Shown: in pieces, positions 1-13,869 of the stretch | Layout of the letters: every line of letters begins with the position of its first letter | Position numbering within the stretch: position 1 is the first letter of the stretch | DNA from: Tubiluchus corallicola | Lineage: Eukaryota; Animalia; Priapulida | Length of the DNA: 64,000 nt | NCBI GenBank assembly: GCA_030141605.1 | Contig: JAQGDQ010000711.1 | Coordinates: 44,789-108,788, forward strand | Direction of reading: 5' to 3' | Notes under the pieces: model-generated | The model's database searches: none | Told to the model about the DNA's origin: nothing | What the model saw: the letters and a program-made list of their open reading frames with translations, nothing else | Translations under genes and position numbers: made by a program

Positions 1-530
1 CATCACTATCCCAGCGTGCACCACTGATTCACCAACAGCACTGCATCACCATCCCAGCATGCACCACTGCATCACCATCCCAGCATGCACCGCTGATTCA
101 CCAACAGCACTGCATCACCATCCCAGCGTGCACCGCTGATTCACCAACAGCACTGCATCACCATCCCAGCATGCACCGCTGATTCACCAACAGCACTGCA
201 TCACCATGCCAGCGTGCTCCACTAATTCACCAACAGCACTGCATCACCATCCCAGCGTGCACCGCTGATTCACCAACAGCACTGCATCACCATCCCAGCG
301 TGCACCACTGATTCACCAACAGCACTGCATCACCATCCCAGCGTGCACCACTGATTCACCAACAGCACTGCATCACCATCCCAGCGTGCACCACTGATTC
401 ACCAATAGCACTGCATCACCATCCCAGCGTGCACCACTGATTCACCAACAGCAGTGCATCACTATCCCAGCGTGTACCACTGATTCACCAACAGCACTGC
501 ATCACCATCCCAGTGTGCACCACTGATTCA
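1..530. repeat. Minisatellite, 43-bp unit (cactgcatcaccatcccagcgtgcaccactgattcaccaacag), about 12 copies, truncated by window start
   Basis: Unit read directly; period 43 (caacagcact at 231 and 274). Confidence 0.95.
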
Positions 531-575
531 TCAAAAATACATTGATCTCACAATATAAAGTAATTTATACTTATG

Positions 576-720
576 TTAGTGAAGAGTGCACTACAAATGC
601 TTTGATTAATTTCCAAACTCTAGGCAATGTTATCTCAACTTTCGTACTTGTATTAGTGAAGAGTGCACTACAAATGCTTTGATTATTTTCCAAACTTTAG
701 GCAATGTTATCTTAACTTTC
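576..720. repeat. Direct duplication of about 68 bp (ttagtgaagagtgcactacaaatgctttgatta...caactttc)
   Basis: Two near-identical adjacent copies. Confidence 0.85.
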
Positions 721-1929
721 AAACAACTTACCGCCAGAATGGCTGCGCTTAACCGTCATCGCATGAGCTTATTCAGCGTTACTGCTGATACAAGCTTTGT
801 ACGCAATAAGACAGGTATGTACGTGAAATAGCAGTTTCAAGACGAATTTTTTAGTTTTGTGTAAGTAAATAGTTTTTTGTGCTTAAGACTTACGTGTTAT
901 TCTAGATTGAATATTTCATATATTGATTCAAGCTTTAATATTCAAGCTATCATATTGATTTGCTTGCCAATACCATACAGTCCGTTTACCATCTGCATAG
1001 CATCGACACGTATCCCACAAATTTCACACGTAATGCACAGTAAATCTTTGATGATTACAGTCATGTTATGTGTTACATTTTTCGCCTGGCCTTCGACAGG
1101 AAACACGAGACGGTTTGTCACTTATATGCAGCTGTGCTTGGTATGCTGTTTGCCGTCCTGTCAAAATCCAGGCAGCTGTGCTCATGTTTGCTTTCAGTCT
1201 GGCCAGAAGTCACTTCTGATTGGGTTGCTGTAACTTTTACTTGGCTTCTGTAAATTCTAGCAGATTAGGTGCTGATTAGCGCTGCCAGCATGGTTTGCGC
1301 CTCGCGTTACCTAAAACTGCCCAGTTGCCAGCACGGTTTGCGCCTCGCGTTACCTAAAACTGCCCAGCACCGCCAGGAGGCACTGTTACGTGTGTTCAAA
1401 TACCGCATACGTCTGACTGCCAGAGTGCTTGTAATGTACTAAAGCAGCACTGACCAATAATACTTATGTTTCCTCCGCTAGATGACGCTGCAACATTATT
1501 TCCGGCTATGGATCCGCTGTTAATTGATAACTTCTACACAGAAACAAAACAGAAAAATATCATCAGTTGACCAGAAACCGTTTCTCTCGCTTTTTTGATA
1601 TTAAACTATTTTGATTTTTTTCTGGACTTACAGCCATTCGCTTCTGATTGGATGCATGTATTGGAAGCAGAGTTCCGTGCGCACAACTTGCTTTTCATTT
1701 ACTGGGTTTGAAATGTGTTAATCCTGGTTTATTTATACATGTGATTCGTTGAGAGCTCATTGTTCAATGGATGAAGTCACTTGGCTTCCTGGCTTCATCA
1801 TTCATTATACTGTTATCACTTAAACTTGGAAAAACATATCAAAGAAATTTACAAAAAAGCTGTATGAACAGCATAAAATTTATTTATTCCACCGCTGTAT
1901 AGATGGTGAGGGGTGAGGTGGTAACTGGT

Positions 1930-2484
1930 GGATGACGTAACTGGTGGATTTCATTGGACGTAAAGTCGTAAACCCATCACGGCTTTCCGTAAGTGCACAC
2001 CGCTTATAAATTAATTCATAATGCTTGTGCAGCTTACATAATGCTTGTGCAAAAACATCATGAAATTCGCGTCTATTTTTTGTGAAAACGTCATACATAT
2101 TCTCCGTCTATCAGAAAGTCGTTACGCCAAAACAGCAGTACAGTGGGAACCACCTGGTGGGAAACGAAAAAGAGGTCGGCCAAAAACAACGTGGCGCAGA
2201 TCCTTCAAAGAAGACCTTCGAGCTGTCAACATACGTTGGGAAAACGTAGAGAACGAAGCCGCCGATAGAACTCAGTGGAAAATGCTGTCTGCCCAATGTG
2301 CATCAATGCGCAGGAAGGACTAAGGTCTAAGGTAAGGTCATACTTTTGACGAAAATTTGCTTTTCTTCAGTTGCCGAATGACGTCATTGGTGGAAGAATG
2401 GAGAAGTAGAGTTTTAAAATTTATTGGTAACCAGCTTCATTGTCAGTTCATTAAACGACATTGTCACACTATTGTCTCCTTTAA
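1930..2484 (+). mobile_element. Degenerate copy of a TTAA-flanked (Kolobok-like) MITE family, interrupted by a LINE fragment
   Basis: Shares gatgacgtaactggtggatttc, ctttccgtaagtg and ttttcttcagt..gaatgacgtcattggtggaagaat blocks with the full copy at 28491-29378. Confidence 0.6.
2097..2336 (+). mobile_element. 5'-truncated RTE-type non-LTR retrotransposon 3' end
   Basis: Encodes W-E-P-PGGKRKRGRPKTTWRR...W...AADRTQW, the typical RTE ORF C-terminus. Short taagg repeat tail and 7-bp TSD gtcatac (2090-2096, 2337-2343). Confidence 0.85.
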
Positions 2485-2805
2485 AGGTCAAAGAAGCTCT
2501 TTGTGAGTAGTTATCGTTGTCGTACGAATTTGGGATTGCTTAACCCAATTACCTAAACACAAGGATACTTCCCTGGCTTCCTTTAGGTTATCACATCGGT
2601 TTTTTCCTCATGGGATCACCACGCAGATACTGTGGAAGCCACGCCAATCAGTATGACGCATTGCCTCAAAAAGATCACCAAATCTGAGCAGCTAGCATTG
2701 AGACTGGAGCTTCTGGATTACGAATTGATGCCTTTCTCAGGCTGTTAATGTATGTTTTCATTGCAAACTACAGTATAAATTTTAATCTCTGAGTTTATTC
2801 TATTG

Positions 2806-3021
2806 TCCTGGGTTGGGTGACCGAGTTGTCGAGCTTTCCAACTGCAGGCACGCAGTCTTGAGTTCGAGTCTAGCGGTTTGCAAACTCCAGGGCATATACC
2901 CTATATTTGTTATCTGTGTCCTTACTAGCATTGCTGTTGTTAGTGTTGGTCGTTAAATAGCCGTTAATGCTGAAGGCGCCTGCTAAACGAGCGACGGTAA
3001 TTAAAAATAAAATAATAAAAA
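2806..3021 (+). mobile_element. tRNA-derived SINE
   Basis: Pol III A-box-like tgaccgagttg and B-box-like gagttcgagtc, followed by a body and an A-rich tail (aaaataaaaataataaaaa). Confidence 0.6.
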
Positions 3022-3151
3022 TCGTACAATACGGATCGTCTCTCAGCACAGCTAACCTACAGGATCAAAACAATAAGTCACGTCTGTTCAGAGCCCATTC
3101 GAGGTAATCTTGGAAAAAACTCTAATTCTGTTGCATTTTATAATTTGCATG

Positions 3152-3716
3152 TCAGAGGACGTTGAACCATTTACTTCCAATCCGTAAATCCGCTACGCTG
3201 TCACTGTGTAGCAGAGGACGTTGAACCATTTACTTCAAATCCGCAGTGCTGTAACTGTGTAGCAGAGTTCGCGGAACCATTTACTTCAAATCCGTAAATC
3301 CGCTATGCTGTAACTGTGTAGCAGAGGACTCTGAACCATTTACTTCAAATCCGCAGTGCTGTAACTGTGTAGCAGAGTTCGCGGAACCGTTTACTTCAAA
3401 TCCGCACTACTGTAACTGTGCAGCAGAGGACTGAACCATTTACTTCTAATCCGCACTACTGTAACTGTGCAGCAGAGGACGCGGAGCCATTTACTTCAAA
3501 TCCGCACTACTGTAACTGTGCAGCAGAGGACTGAACCATTTACTTCAAATCCGCTACGCTGTAACTGTGTAGCAGAGCACGCGGAACCGTTTACTTCAAA
3601 TCCGTACTACTGTAACTGTGCAGCAGAGGACTGAACCATTTACTTCAAATCCGCACTACTGTAACTGTGTAGCAGAGTACGCGGCGCCATTTAATTCGAA
3701 TCCGCAAATCCGCAGT
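3152..3716. repeat. Minisatellite, about 49-58-bp variable unit (gcagaggacgcggaaccatttacttcaaatccgcactactgtaactgtgta), about 11 copies
   Basis: Unit read directly. Confidence 0.9.
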
Positions 3717-3949
3717 GCTCAAAGATTTGATCATCTATCTGTGAAATGTAAACAATAACCGAGTCCGCAACTCGGTGGGTATCTGCCGTAGAAAATGATA
3801 TTTATTCCTAAAACTATGACGCCGAGTTTGCTCGATGGTGACTGCGAGAGTTTTTTTGCACATGAACAGATAAACTGAGTAACTGAGTAAAAGGATTAGT
3901 TATCCATGTTTCTGGCTTGTGCATTGGAAAAAACACGAATAAGCAATTA

Positions 3950-4262
3950 CAGAAAAGGACAAGTCATTTGCATCTATTTTACTGGTATCCCTTAAATTTG
4001 GAAAAATATGACAAACAAATTTGGAAAAAAAACTGCTTCTATACTTCTGACGACGACTGACAGAGCGTTGCTTTCCTTTGGCTGAATGACGACGTCATTG
4101 GTGGAAAAATCAAAGTGCACTCAAACGTGAAATTATCGGGACTTTAAGGTGATTTTACTAGTTACACTAAGCGCTTATCGCAATATTATTATTAAATCCA
4201 TCCAACATTTTTCCCCGAACATTGAAATAAGCCTAAGTTCTCAAAAGGCTTGCTTTTTTATT
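3950..4262 (+). mobile_element. Internally deleted copy of the Kolobok-like MITE family
   Basis: gaaaaggacaagtcattt, gacgtcattggtggaaaa, aaggtgattttacta..cgcttatc and ggcttg blocks match 28491-29378. Confidence 0.55.
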
Positions 4263-4687
4263 ATGTCAGTAGCAAATGCGCAAATCCGCAAAACACGGAG
4301 CGCGGACCCGGCTCCGAGATCCGCTACTGAATACCGCGGATTTCACCAATGCAGTGCAATTAGCGGGTGATTAATTGTGCCTTCATTTGTAATTTAGCAA
4401 CACTACCTGGCTTCTTGCATTGATTCATTTATATGTATGAAAGCGCAGACGAAGGATAATTAGATGTCAGCTAATGTCGTTTCCTATCCGGTTGACACTG
4501 CGATCACAACAGCTGTGCCATTTGGGCGCTTATATTGAGCGGGCGGTTTGCCTTGCCGAATTCGTGTTTGATTGTTGGGTAAAACATGGTTGGGTTTTTT
4601 GACTGACTACCACTGTAGCAGTTAAATTTGTAAGAAATTGTGTTGCGCAACTGCATCCGCTACTAGGATGTCGCTTAGGAAGTCTCT

Positions 4688-5940
4688 GGTGTACCAAGGA
4701 AGCCACAAAAGTATTGTTTTTAGTTTGACAGTCATCTGCTGCATTGTTTGTTATCAAAATGTTTTCTTCTGATATACCAAGGAAGCCAAAAAGTATTGTT
4801 GTTAATGACAATCAACTGCCCCCATTGTTCGTTATCAGAATGTTTTCTTCTGGTATACCAAGGAAGCCAAAAAGTATTGTTGTTAATGGCAATCAACTGC
4901 TGCCTTTGTTTGTTATCAACATGTTGTTTACTTCTGGTATACCAAGGAAGCCAAAAAGTATTGTTGTTAATGACAATCAACTGCTGCATTGTTCGTTATC
5001 AGAATTTTTTTTCTTCTGGTATACCACGGAAGCTACAAAAATATTGTTGTTAATGACAATCAACTGCTGCCATTGTTTGTTATTAACATGTTGTTTACTT
5101 CTGGTATACCAAGGAAGCCAAAAAGTATTGTTGTTAATGACAGTCAACTGCTGCATTGTTCGTTATTAGAATTTTTTCTTCTGGTATACCACGGAAGCCA
5201 AAAAGTATTGTTGTTAATGGCAATCAACTGCTGCCATTGTTTGTTATTAACATGTTGTTTACTTCTGGTATACCAAGGAAGCCAAAAAGTATTGTTGTTA
5301 ATGACAGTCAACTGCTGCATTGTTCGTTATTAGAATTTTTTCTTCTGGTATACCACGGAAGCCAAAAAGTATTGTTGTTAATGGCAATCAACTGCTGCCA
5401 TTGTTTGTTATTAACATGTTGTTTACTTCTGGTATACCAAGGAAGCCAAAAAGTATTGTTGTTAATGACAGTCAACTGCTGCATTGTTCGTTATTAGAAT
5501 TTTTTCTTCTGGTATACCACGGAAGCCAAAAAGTATTGTTGTTAATGGCAATCAACTGCTGCCATTGTTTGTTATTAACATGTTGTTTACTTCTGGTATA
5601 CCAAGGAAGCCAAAAAGTATTGTTGTTAATGACAGTCAACTGCTGCATTGTTCGTTATTAGAATTTTTTCTTCTGGTATACCACGGAAGCCAAAAAGTAT
5701 TGTTGTTAATGGCAATCAACTGCTGCCATTGTTTGTTATTAACATGTTGTTTACTTCTGGTATACCAAGGAAGCCAAAAAGTATTGTTGTTAATGACAGT
5801 CAACTGCTGCATTGTTCGTTATTAGAATTTTTTCTTCTGGTATACCACGGAAGCCAAAAAGTATTGTTGTTAATGGCAATCAACTGCTGCCATTGTTTGT
5901 TATCAACATGTTGTTTACTTCTGGTATACCAAGGAAGCCA
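4688..5940. repeat. Satellite with a 164-bp higher-order unit made of two related subunits of about 82 bp
   Basis: Identical ORFs recur at 5156, 5320, 5484 and 5648 (period 164); both subunits carry ctggtatacca(a/c)ggaagccaaaaagtattgttgttaatg. Confidence 0.95.
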
Positions 5941-6464
5941 TAAAATCACCAACCATTGTAAGAATCGCACAAAATCCAGTGGGTGTGGTACAAGATTTTT
6001 ACCTGTGATATCACCGACTATAGTATGGTATTAATAAGCACTGTCATTTGTCACAATCCAGTGTCTATGTACCGGATATTAAACGTTCTCTTGACATGGA
6101 GTGAGCTGAGAACGTGTCGCTTGTATGATAGCAATGATTAATTAGTTTATTTGTCAGTTGGATGACCGTTGGATGACCAATATGATGTGCCTTATATGAG
6201 TTTGTGAACCAGACCCCATCTTAAACTATAGTTCAAAACAATCTTCCCTGTGAAATATCGAAATTTGACGTACAATTTTTTCAAGAATGACTTACATAAA
6301 AGAATTTTTGTCACAGCATGGTGATTTCGTGTTCGCGCCTCTAGTTCTTTACTCTTACATGCATTTCGCCGTTCGCTAGTTAGATGAACCGTTAATTAAG
6401 TTGTTAACCTATTATTTAATTATCTGAAACAGTTTGGCATTATGTAGTCAGCAACAAGGTTTAA

Positions 6465-6924
6465 CCCTTTTAGTCCCAAATTATTTTTTTAATAAGAAAA
6501 AAAAATTTGGCTTGGTACTTTTGTTCAGTATGTCCATCTTGTTTACACATAATAATTATTTTTTTCTACCTGTGCCCGCGTGCTAACAATAGCCTGTATC
6601 CCACGGGATACATTGGGATTCAATGGAAGCATAAAATGTGCTTCATTTTGCAACTGCTGATAATTTTTTAAAGTATTTAAGACATTTAGTATGCATGCTA
6701 TGCTGATCTGTACAAAGTCGTCTCTAAAGTACTGTACCTTACACAGTTTTTATGCTATGTAGATTTTCTAGTTTGCCATTTTATCACCGTTTTTAGTCTA
6801 TTGTTATTGGCTTAAATCAAAATAAACTATTAACAGATCAAATAACTCTCAGTTTTAAAATTTTATTAATTTTAAAGGCAGAAAAAATTCTCGTATCCCA
6901 CGATATACAACGGGTATGAAAGGG
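6465..6924. mobile_element. Non-autonomous piggyBac-like element
   Basis: TTAA|CCCTTT...AAAGGG|TTAA termini; internal gtatcccacg(gg/at)atac motif near both ends. Confidence 0.75.
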
Positions 6925-7652
6925 TTAAATTAAATATCTGAAGTTAATTTTTGAAATCAGATAAAGTTGCCGAAATATGATGATAATGATGAGAGTACAT
7001 GTAGACAGTAGGATTCCTGAAACAGCGTATGATCGTTATCTTACTCTATGTCTATATACCTTTTATATAACTGCATAAAATACTTAGTAAAGATTAAGCG
7101 TCCTAAGCTAATTACTAAAACTAGCATATAAAAGCGACATTTCTAACACTATGTCATAAACAAGTATCATCCTATGTTTACTAAACATGTCTGACTTTCT
7201 TATATGTTTGTTACTGGACTTTTATATGTGAAGGTAGAGTAAGAATGAAGCTACACAGTACTAACATTTTAAGATCGTTTAATATTTAATGCAAACTGTA
7301 CATATATAATGTAGACCATTATAAAGCCTGGTTCGAAACGAAATGATTGTCGTTGACACAGTCAAATAGCAAATAATAACTTGAGTTAATTTTAAATTTA
7401 TCAGTTACTCTTTATCAGAGAATATTGTCTTTATTGATATCATTTCTACCTGCAGTGCCACTTTGATGAATTTCCTGATTGATTTAAGTAGAAAAATTGG
7501 CTTCCCTGCGTGTGAAACGATTGGCTTCATTACTTTTAGAAGTTTTGCTATGAACCTTGCCGTGTTCGTAGAATTTCTTAGTTAAATTCACCGTTGGCTT
7601 GATGGTCGTAGTTTATAACAGGTTAGCTTAAATCAGAGGTTTCTGTTTACAT

Positions 7653-7790
7653 CTTGAGTGAAAGTTTACAATTCCCCCGCACACGAGAAATTAGTTCTTG
7701 AAACGGGTTAGGGTTAGGGTTGGGGTTAAGATTAGGGTTGGGGTCAGAATTAGGGTATTTATATTGTATGGTGAAATGCAAACGCCTTCC
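7653..7790 (-). mobile_element. Short dispersed element with (TAACCC)n-like core; relatives at about 20690-20830 and 31095-31575
   Basis: gagtgaaagtttacaattcccc..cacgagaaattagttc..gggttagggttaggg is the reverse complement of the ends of the other two copies. Confidence 0.6.
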
Positions 7791-9421
7791 AAATCTTTTT
7801 CTCCGTGCTTATTATATAGTTTCCCCGTGAAATTTGAGTGATACTATCACACAGATCATTAAATTATAATGAGACCACCAGGCGATCTGATTTAACGAAG
7901 TTGAAATCTTCCTCGGGTTGTTAATATCTTTATTTTGATTAACTTCATTTATTTAAAGCGATTGTTGACATTGTAATTGTAATTGCAAATTTGTAACTAC
8001 AATTGTAATTGTCGACATTGTAATTGCAAATTGAGAGTTGAACTGTTCTGTTGTTTTCACCAAATTTGAAGAGATGTGTCCACTTGTCGAAAAGGGCAAT
8101 TAATTATTTGTCCTTCACTTACAGGTTAAAGCATAAGAAAACCCTCCACTTACATAGCGTAAAAAATTCGTCCTGAAATTTTACAACACTTACCTGCTGC
8201 CTTTTGCATTCAGGACTTGCGTCAGCAGTAACGCCGCATAAAACGTGTAAATTTAAACTCCCGCGATGACCGTTAGAGCAGCGATTTTGACGATAAGTCT
8301 TTGAAGCGAGTTTAGGTAACACTGAGTAAAGTTTGAAAAAATAATCAGTGCACCCGAGCAAAACCTGAAATGACTATTTTGCCAATAAGATAAAAAATCC
8401 GTTTTTCGTTAGTGAGTGGTGCACCCTGGAGGGTGAATCAGCGACATTTTACGACTTGGTGAAAGCATTCTAAATAATTAACAAATACTTTTCTAGTTAC
8501 ATAAATCTTTCCAGCAGGTAAGCGAAATGCTGAGTAATATAACTTTGCGTGGAACGTTTTTTTAGGAAATAATTTAACATTTCCCTTTTTTCCCTGATTT
8601 ATGCTGTGCACGTATGACGTCATCTACTGGCACGAGGGAACAGTATTGCGGGACATTTAAAATGAAAAAAACAAAAAATATTTTCAACGTAAATACGATA
8701 TACTCATAAAATTGTTATAAAGGAATACAATTTTTAAGGCGATTTTTTCAGCCTACTTTAGGTACCCCTTTTTTGTCCTTTAAGTTGTATTGTTAACGTA
8801 ATAAACTACTATAATATTTTCATAGTTGAGTGAATGTTACAAACCATTAACTTCGTAATTGGTCATAAAGTGATTCTCCAAATCTTGCTAAACCTGTAAT
8901 TCTAAGATAGGTCAGTTGCCTGCTCAGGGAATTTCTCCCTGGAAAGCAACTATTTTGAGATATAGGTTACAAAGCATATATCCGTTTTTCCCGTTTATCT
9001 GTAATTAATGGAACAGTAATTAATTTATGCAACATGTAATAGCTAAAATGCTAGATTATAATACAGATAAAATCTAGACATTGTATACTAGTTCATATTG
9101 TGACATCTAACCTATTTGATATCATTTGTCATAACGTACTAAGTGCAATAATTATCGCTCGTTAAAATATTATGATCTTTATTACATTATATTCGTTGTT
9201 TTGTGTTTACAGCTATGAAGTAGAGAACAACTTAATCATTTAATCATTTTAAAATCGCACATAACGGAATTTCGAGACAACTTTTATATAACGCATGAAA
9301 TGAATCAATGAAAAGTAAGCTTTTCAGTCTGATAGTATTAACCATTAAAATTACAATTCAGTAAACCAGCATGTTCTGGACATGATATTAAATCAGGGAA
9401 GTTCTCGACACCATTGTGGAT

Positions 9422-11552
9422 TTTTAAACTGATGTGTATGTAATGATCTAGGAGTTATTGAAGCTTTGACTCACACGGTACTACTTTTAAACTGATGTGT
9501 ATGTAAAGCTCTAGGAGTTATTGAAGCTTTGACTCGCACGGTACTACTTTTAAACTGATGTGTATGTAATGATCTAGGAGTTATTGAAGGTTTAGCTCAC
9601 ACGGTGCTACTTTTAAACTGATGTGTATGTAATGATCTAGGAGTTATTGAAGGTTTAGCTCACACGGTACTACTTTTAAACTGATGTGTACGTAATGATC
9701 TAGGAGTTATTGAAGCTTTGACTCACACGGTACTAGTTTTAAACTGATGTGTATGTAATGATCTAGGAGTTATTGAAGCTTTACTCACACGGTACTACTT
9801 TTAAACTGATGTGTACGTAATGATCTAGGAGTTATTGAAGCTTTGACTCACACGGTACTAGTTTTAAACTGATGTGTATGTAATGATCTAGGAGTTATTG
9901 AAGCTTTGACTCACACGGTACTACTTTTAAACTGATGTGTATGTAAAGCTCTAGGAGTTATGAAGCTTTGACTCACACGGTACTACTTTTAAACTGATGT
10001 GTATGTAAAGCTCTAGGAGTTATTGAAGCTTTGACTCGCACGGTACTACTTTTAAACTGATGTGTATGTAAAGCTCTAGGAGTTATGAAGCTTTGACTCA
10101 CACGGTACTACTTTTAAACTGATGTGTACGTAAAGCTCTAGGAGTTATTGAAGCTTTGACTCGCACGGTACTACTTTTAAACTGATGTGTATGTAAAGCT
10201 CTAGGAGTTATTGAAGCTTTGACTCACACGATACTACTTTTAAACTGATGTGTATGTAAAGCTCTAGGAGTTATTGAAGCTTTGACTCACACGGTACTAC
10301 TTTTAAACTGATGTGTATGTAATGATCTAGGAGTTATTGAAGCTTTGACTCACACGGTACTAGTTTTAAACTGATGTGTATGTAAAGCTCTGGGAGTTAT
10401 TGAAGCTTTGGCTCGCGCGGTACTACTTTTAAACTGATGTGTATGTAAAGCTCTAGGAGTTATTGAAGCTTTGACTCACACGGTACTACTTTTAAACTGA
10501 TGTGTATGTAAAGATCTAGGAGTTATTGAAGGTTTGACTCACACGGTACTACTTTTAAACTGATGTGTATGTAAAGCTCTAGGAGTTATTGAAGCTTTGA
10601 CTCACACGGTACTACTTTTAAACTGATGTGTATGTAAAGCTCTAGGAGTTATTGAAGCTTTGACTCGCACGGTACTACTTTTAAACTGATGTGTATGTAA
10701 AGATCTAGGAGTTATTGAAGGTTTGACTCACACGGTACTACTTTTAAATTGATGTGTATGTAAAGTTCTAGGAGTTATTGAAGCTTTGGCTCACACGGTA
10801 CTACTTTTAAACTGATGTGTATGTAATGATCTAGGAGTTATTGAAGCTTTGACTCGCACGGTACTACTTTTAAACTGATGTGTATGTAAAGCTCTAGGAG
10901 TTATTGAAGCTTTGACTCGCACGGTACTACTTTTAAACTGATGTGTATGTAAAGATCTAGGAGTTATTGAAGGTTTGACTCACACGGTACTACTTTTAAA
11001 TTGATGTGTATGTAAAGTTCTAGGAGTTATTGAAGCTTTGGCGCACACGGTACTACTTTTAAACTGATGTGTACGTAAAGCTCTAGGAGTTATTGAAGCT
11101 TTGACTCACACGGTACTACTTTTAAACTGATGTGTATGTAAAGCTCTAGGAGTTATTGAAGCTTTGACTCACACGGTACTACTTTTACACTGATGTGTAC
11201 GTAATGATCTAGGAGTTATTGAAGCTTTGACTCGCACGGTACTACTTTTAAACTGATGTGTATGTAAAGCTCTGGGAGTTATTGAAGCTTTGACTCACAC
11301 GGTACTACTTTTAAACTGATGTGTATGTAAAGCTCTAGGAGTTATTGAAGCTTTGACTCGCACGGTACTACTTTTAAACTGATGTGTATGTAAAGCTCTA
11401 GGAGTTATTGAAGCTTTGACTCACACGGTACTACTTTTAAACTGATGTGTATGTAAAGTTCTAGGAGTTATTGAAGCTTTGGCTCACACGGTACTACTTT
11501 TAAACTGATGTGTACGTAAAGCTCTGGGAGTTATTAAAGCTTTGACTCGCAC
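9422..11552. repeat. Satellite, 63-bp unit (ttttaaactgatgtgtatgtaaagctctaggagttattgaagctttgactcacacggtactac), about 34 copies
   Basis: Period 63 read directly. Confidence 0.97.
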
Positions 11553-11769
11553 CGTTTCGCTGTACCGCCTCAATGATTTCGCGGTACCCTCCGCTTTACG
11601 TGAAAGGAAAATTTTGCAGACGTATCGATCTGATCAATCAGTACAGTTGGTTGTACTGGTTTCCTGGAGCCAGGGCAGTCTGTTCTGTACACGCTCCTGC
11701 TTTTAGATGTGGATGTGACACGCCTTGAGGAAATTTCTTTCTTGTCCTACAAACACTGTCTTTGCAGAG

Positions 11770-13057
11770 TTGGAACTTGGTCAAAAAGCTTTGCCCGCCC
11801 GCCCACATACTCGTTGCGTAAATTTAGTTTAAATTTGGAGCTGGTCAAAAAGCTTTGCCCGCCCACATACTCGTTGCGTAAATTTAGTTTAAATTTGGAG
11901 CTTGGTCAAAAAGCTTTGCCCGCCCACATACTTGTTGCGTAAATTTAGTTTAAATTTGGAGCTTGGTCAAAAAGCTTTGCCCGCCCACATACTTGTTGCG
12001 TAAATTTAGTTTAAATTTGGAGCTGGTCAAAAAGCTTTGCCCGCCCGCCCACATACTCGTTGCGTAAATTTAGTTTAAATTTGGAGCTGGTCAAAAAGCT
12101 TTGCCCGCCCGCATACTTGTTGCGCAAATTTAGTTTAAATTTGGAGCTGGTCAAAAAGCTTTGCCCGCCCACCCGCATACTTGTTGCGTAAATTTAGTTT
12201 AAATTTGGAGCTGGTCAAAAAGCTTTGCCCGCCCACATACTCGTTGCGTAAATTTAGTTTAAATTTGGAGCTTGGTCAAAAAGCTTTGCCCGCCCGCATA
12301 CTCGTTGCGTAAATTTAGTTTAAATTTGGAGCTGGTCAAAAAGCTTTGCCCGCCCGCATACTCGTTGCGTAAATTTAGTTTAAATTTGGAGCTGGTCAAA
12401 AAGCTTTGCCCGCCCACATACTTGTTGCGTAAATTTAGTTTAAATTTGGAGCTTGGTCAAAAAGCTTTGCCCGCCCACATACTTGTTGCGTAAATTTAGT
12501 TTAAATTTGGAGCTTGGTCAAAAAGCTTTGCCCGCCCACATACTTGTTGCGTAAATTTAGTTTAAATTTGGAGCTGGTCAAAAAGCTTTGCCCGCCCGCC
12601 CACATACTCGTTGCGTAAATTTAGTTTAAATTTGGAGCTGGTCAAAAAGCTTTGCCCGCCCGCATACTTGTTGCGCAAATTTAGTTTAAATTTGGAGCTG
12701 GTCAAAAAGCTTTGCCCGCCCACCCGCATACTTGTTGCGTAAATTTAGTTTAAATTTGGAGCTGGTCAAAAAGCTTTGCCCGCCCACATACTCGTTGCGT
12801 AAATTTAGTTTAAATTTGGAGCTTGGTCAAAAAGCTTTGCCCGCCCGCATACTTGTTGCGTAAATTTAGTTTAAATTTGGAGCTGGTCAAAAAGCTTTGC
12901 CCGCCCGCATACTCGTTGCGTAAATTTAGTTTAAATTTGGAGCTGGTCAAAAAGCTTTGCCCGCCCACATACTTGTTGCGTAAATTTAGTTTAAATTTGG
13001 AGCTGGTCAAAAAGCTTTGCCCTCCCACATACTCGTTGCGTAAATTTAGTTTAAATT
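11770..13057. repeat. Satellite, 60-65-bp unit (ggtcaaaaagctttgcccgcccacatactcgttgcgtaaatttagtttaaatttggagct), about 21 copies, with a 550-bp block duplication
   Basis: Unit read directly; rare variants recur 550 bp apart (gcgcaaatt near 12122 and 12672). Confidence 0.95.
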
Positions 13058-13869
13058 TTATTTTTTTACTGTGGATTTACAAAACAGACTGCGTCTTATA
13101 CAGGTATCTCCACGATGCAAGTGCTGAGTGCAAAGAGTTAGTAAAACCATAACTAACATCACAGCTAATATCACACTAGATTTGATAAAACGCTTGAGAC
13201 TTGATTACATTCAGCAGATGGTGATTAAACTTACCTGCATAAACACAACATTTTAATAATAACAGTCATAATAAAAATGCATTAACAAAGTAAGTTGGCT
13301 GGTTAATCATCTAACAGTAAATTATATTATATTGTAAATCGAAACGTTGATTTAATGAACTGCTGTACATAATCTCTGGATAACAATGCAGCATTGGTGA
13401 CCAGTTTTGAATACTCTCTATAATATTACGGGATTGTAATTTTGTAAAAGTTCAGTGTTACAATCTGGTGGTGATGCGTAAATTTCGTAATAGTTTCCAC
13501 AAGTCTGACCCAAGCATACTGAATTCGTGGAGATATTTTTAAGAAGGATATTAACTCGAAAATTTGCTAAGCACACGTTCTTAAGAAAATGTTCTTAACA
13601 GGTGTTTGTCAAGCGTTCTTGTGAAACTTTGTGTAACATTTTACAGAAATTTTACGATACTTCGTATGAACGATCTTGCGAACAACTTAAAGTCGAGGTA
13701 AATTCTCACTATAATATAAGCTTTTACAACGTAAAATCCTATTGTAATTACGAATATTTAACTTATTTTATTATAAACTTACTGTAAAGCTTGCTTCTAT
13801 TTTTTTCGTTTTACTAATAAGTGAAAAATACACGAATTCTTATTCTAACTGTAAACTGCTGAGGCTGCT

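Noticed and set aside
1470-1492. CTCF-like motif ccgctagatgacgctg
   Set aside because: A single imperfect motif match with no supporting context.
4732-6034. Series of 100-140-aa ORFs on both strands
   Set aside because: Translations of the 164-bp satellite; no splice or domain evidence.
7704-7756. Telomere or chromosome-fusion relic (GGGTTA)n
   Set aside because: Short, degenerate and embedded in a dispersed repeat family seen three times.
9422-13057. Regular repeats as a possible CRISPR array
   Set aside because: Units are contiguous with no unique spacers, there are no cas genes, and the context is eukaryotic.
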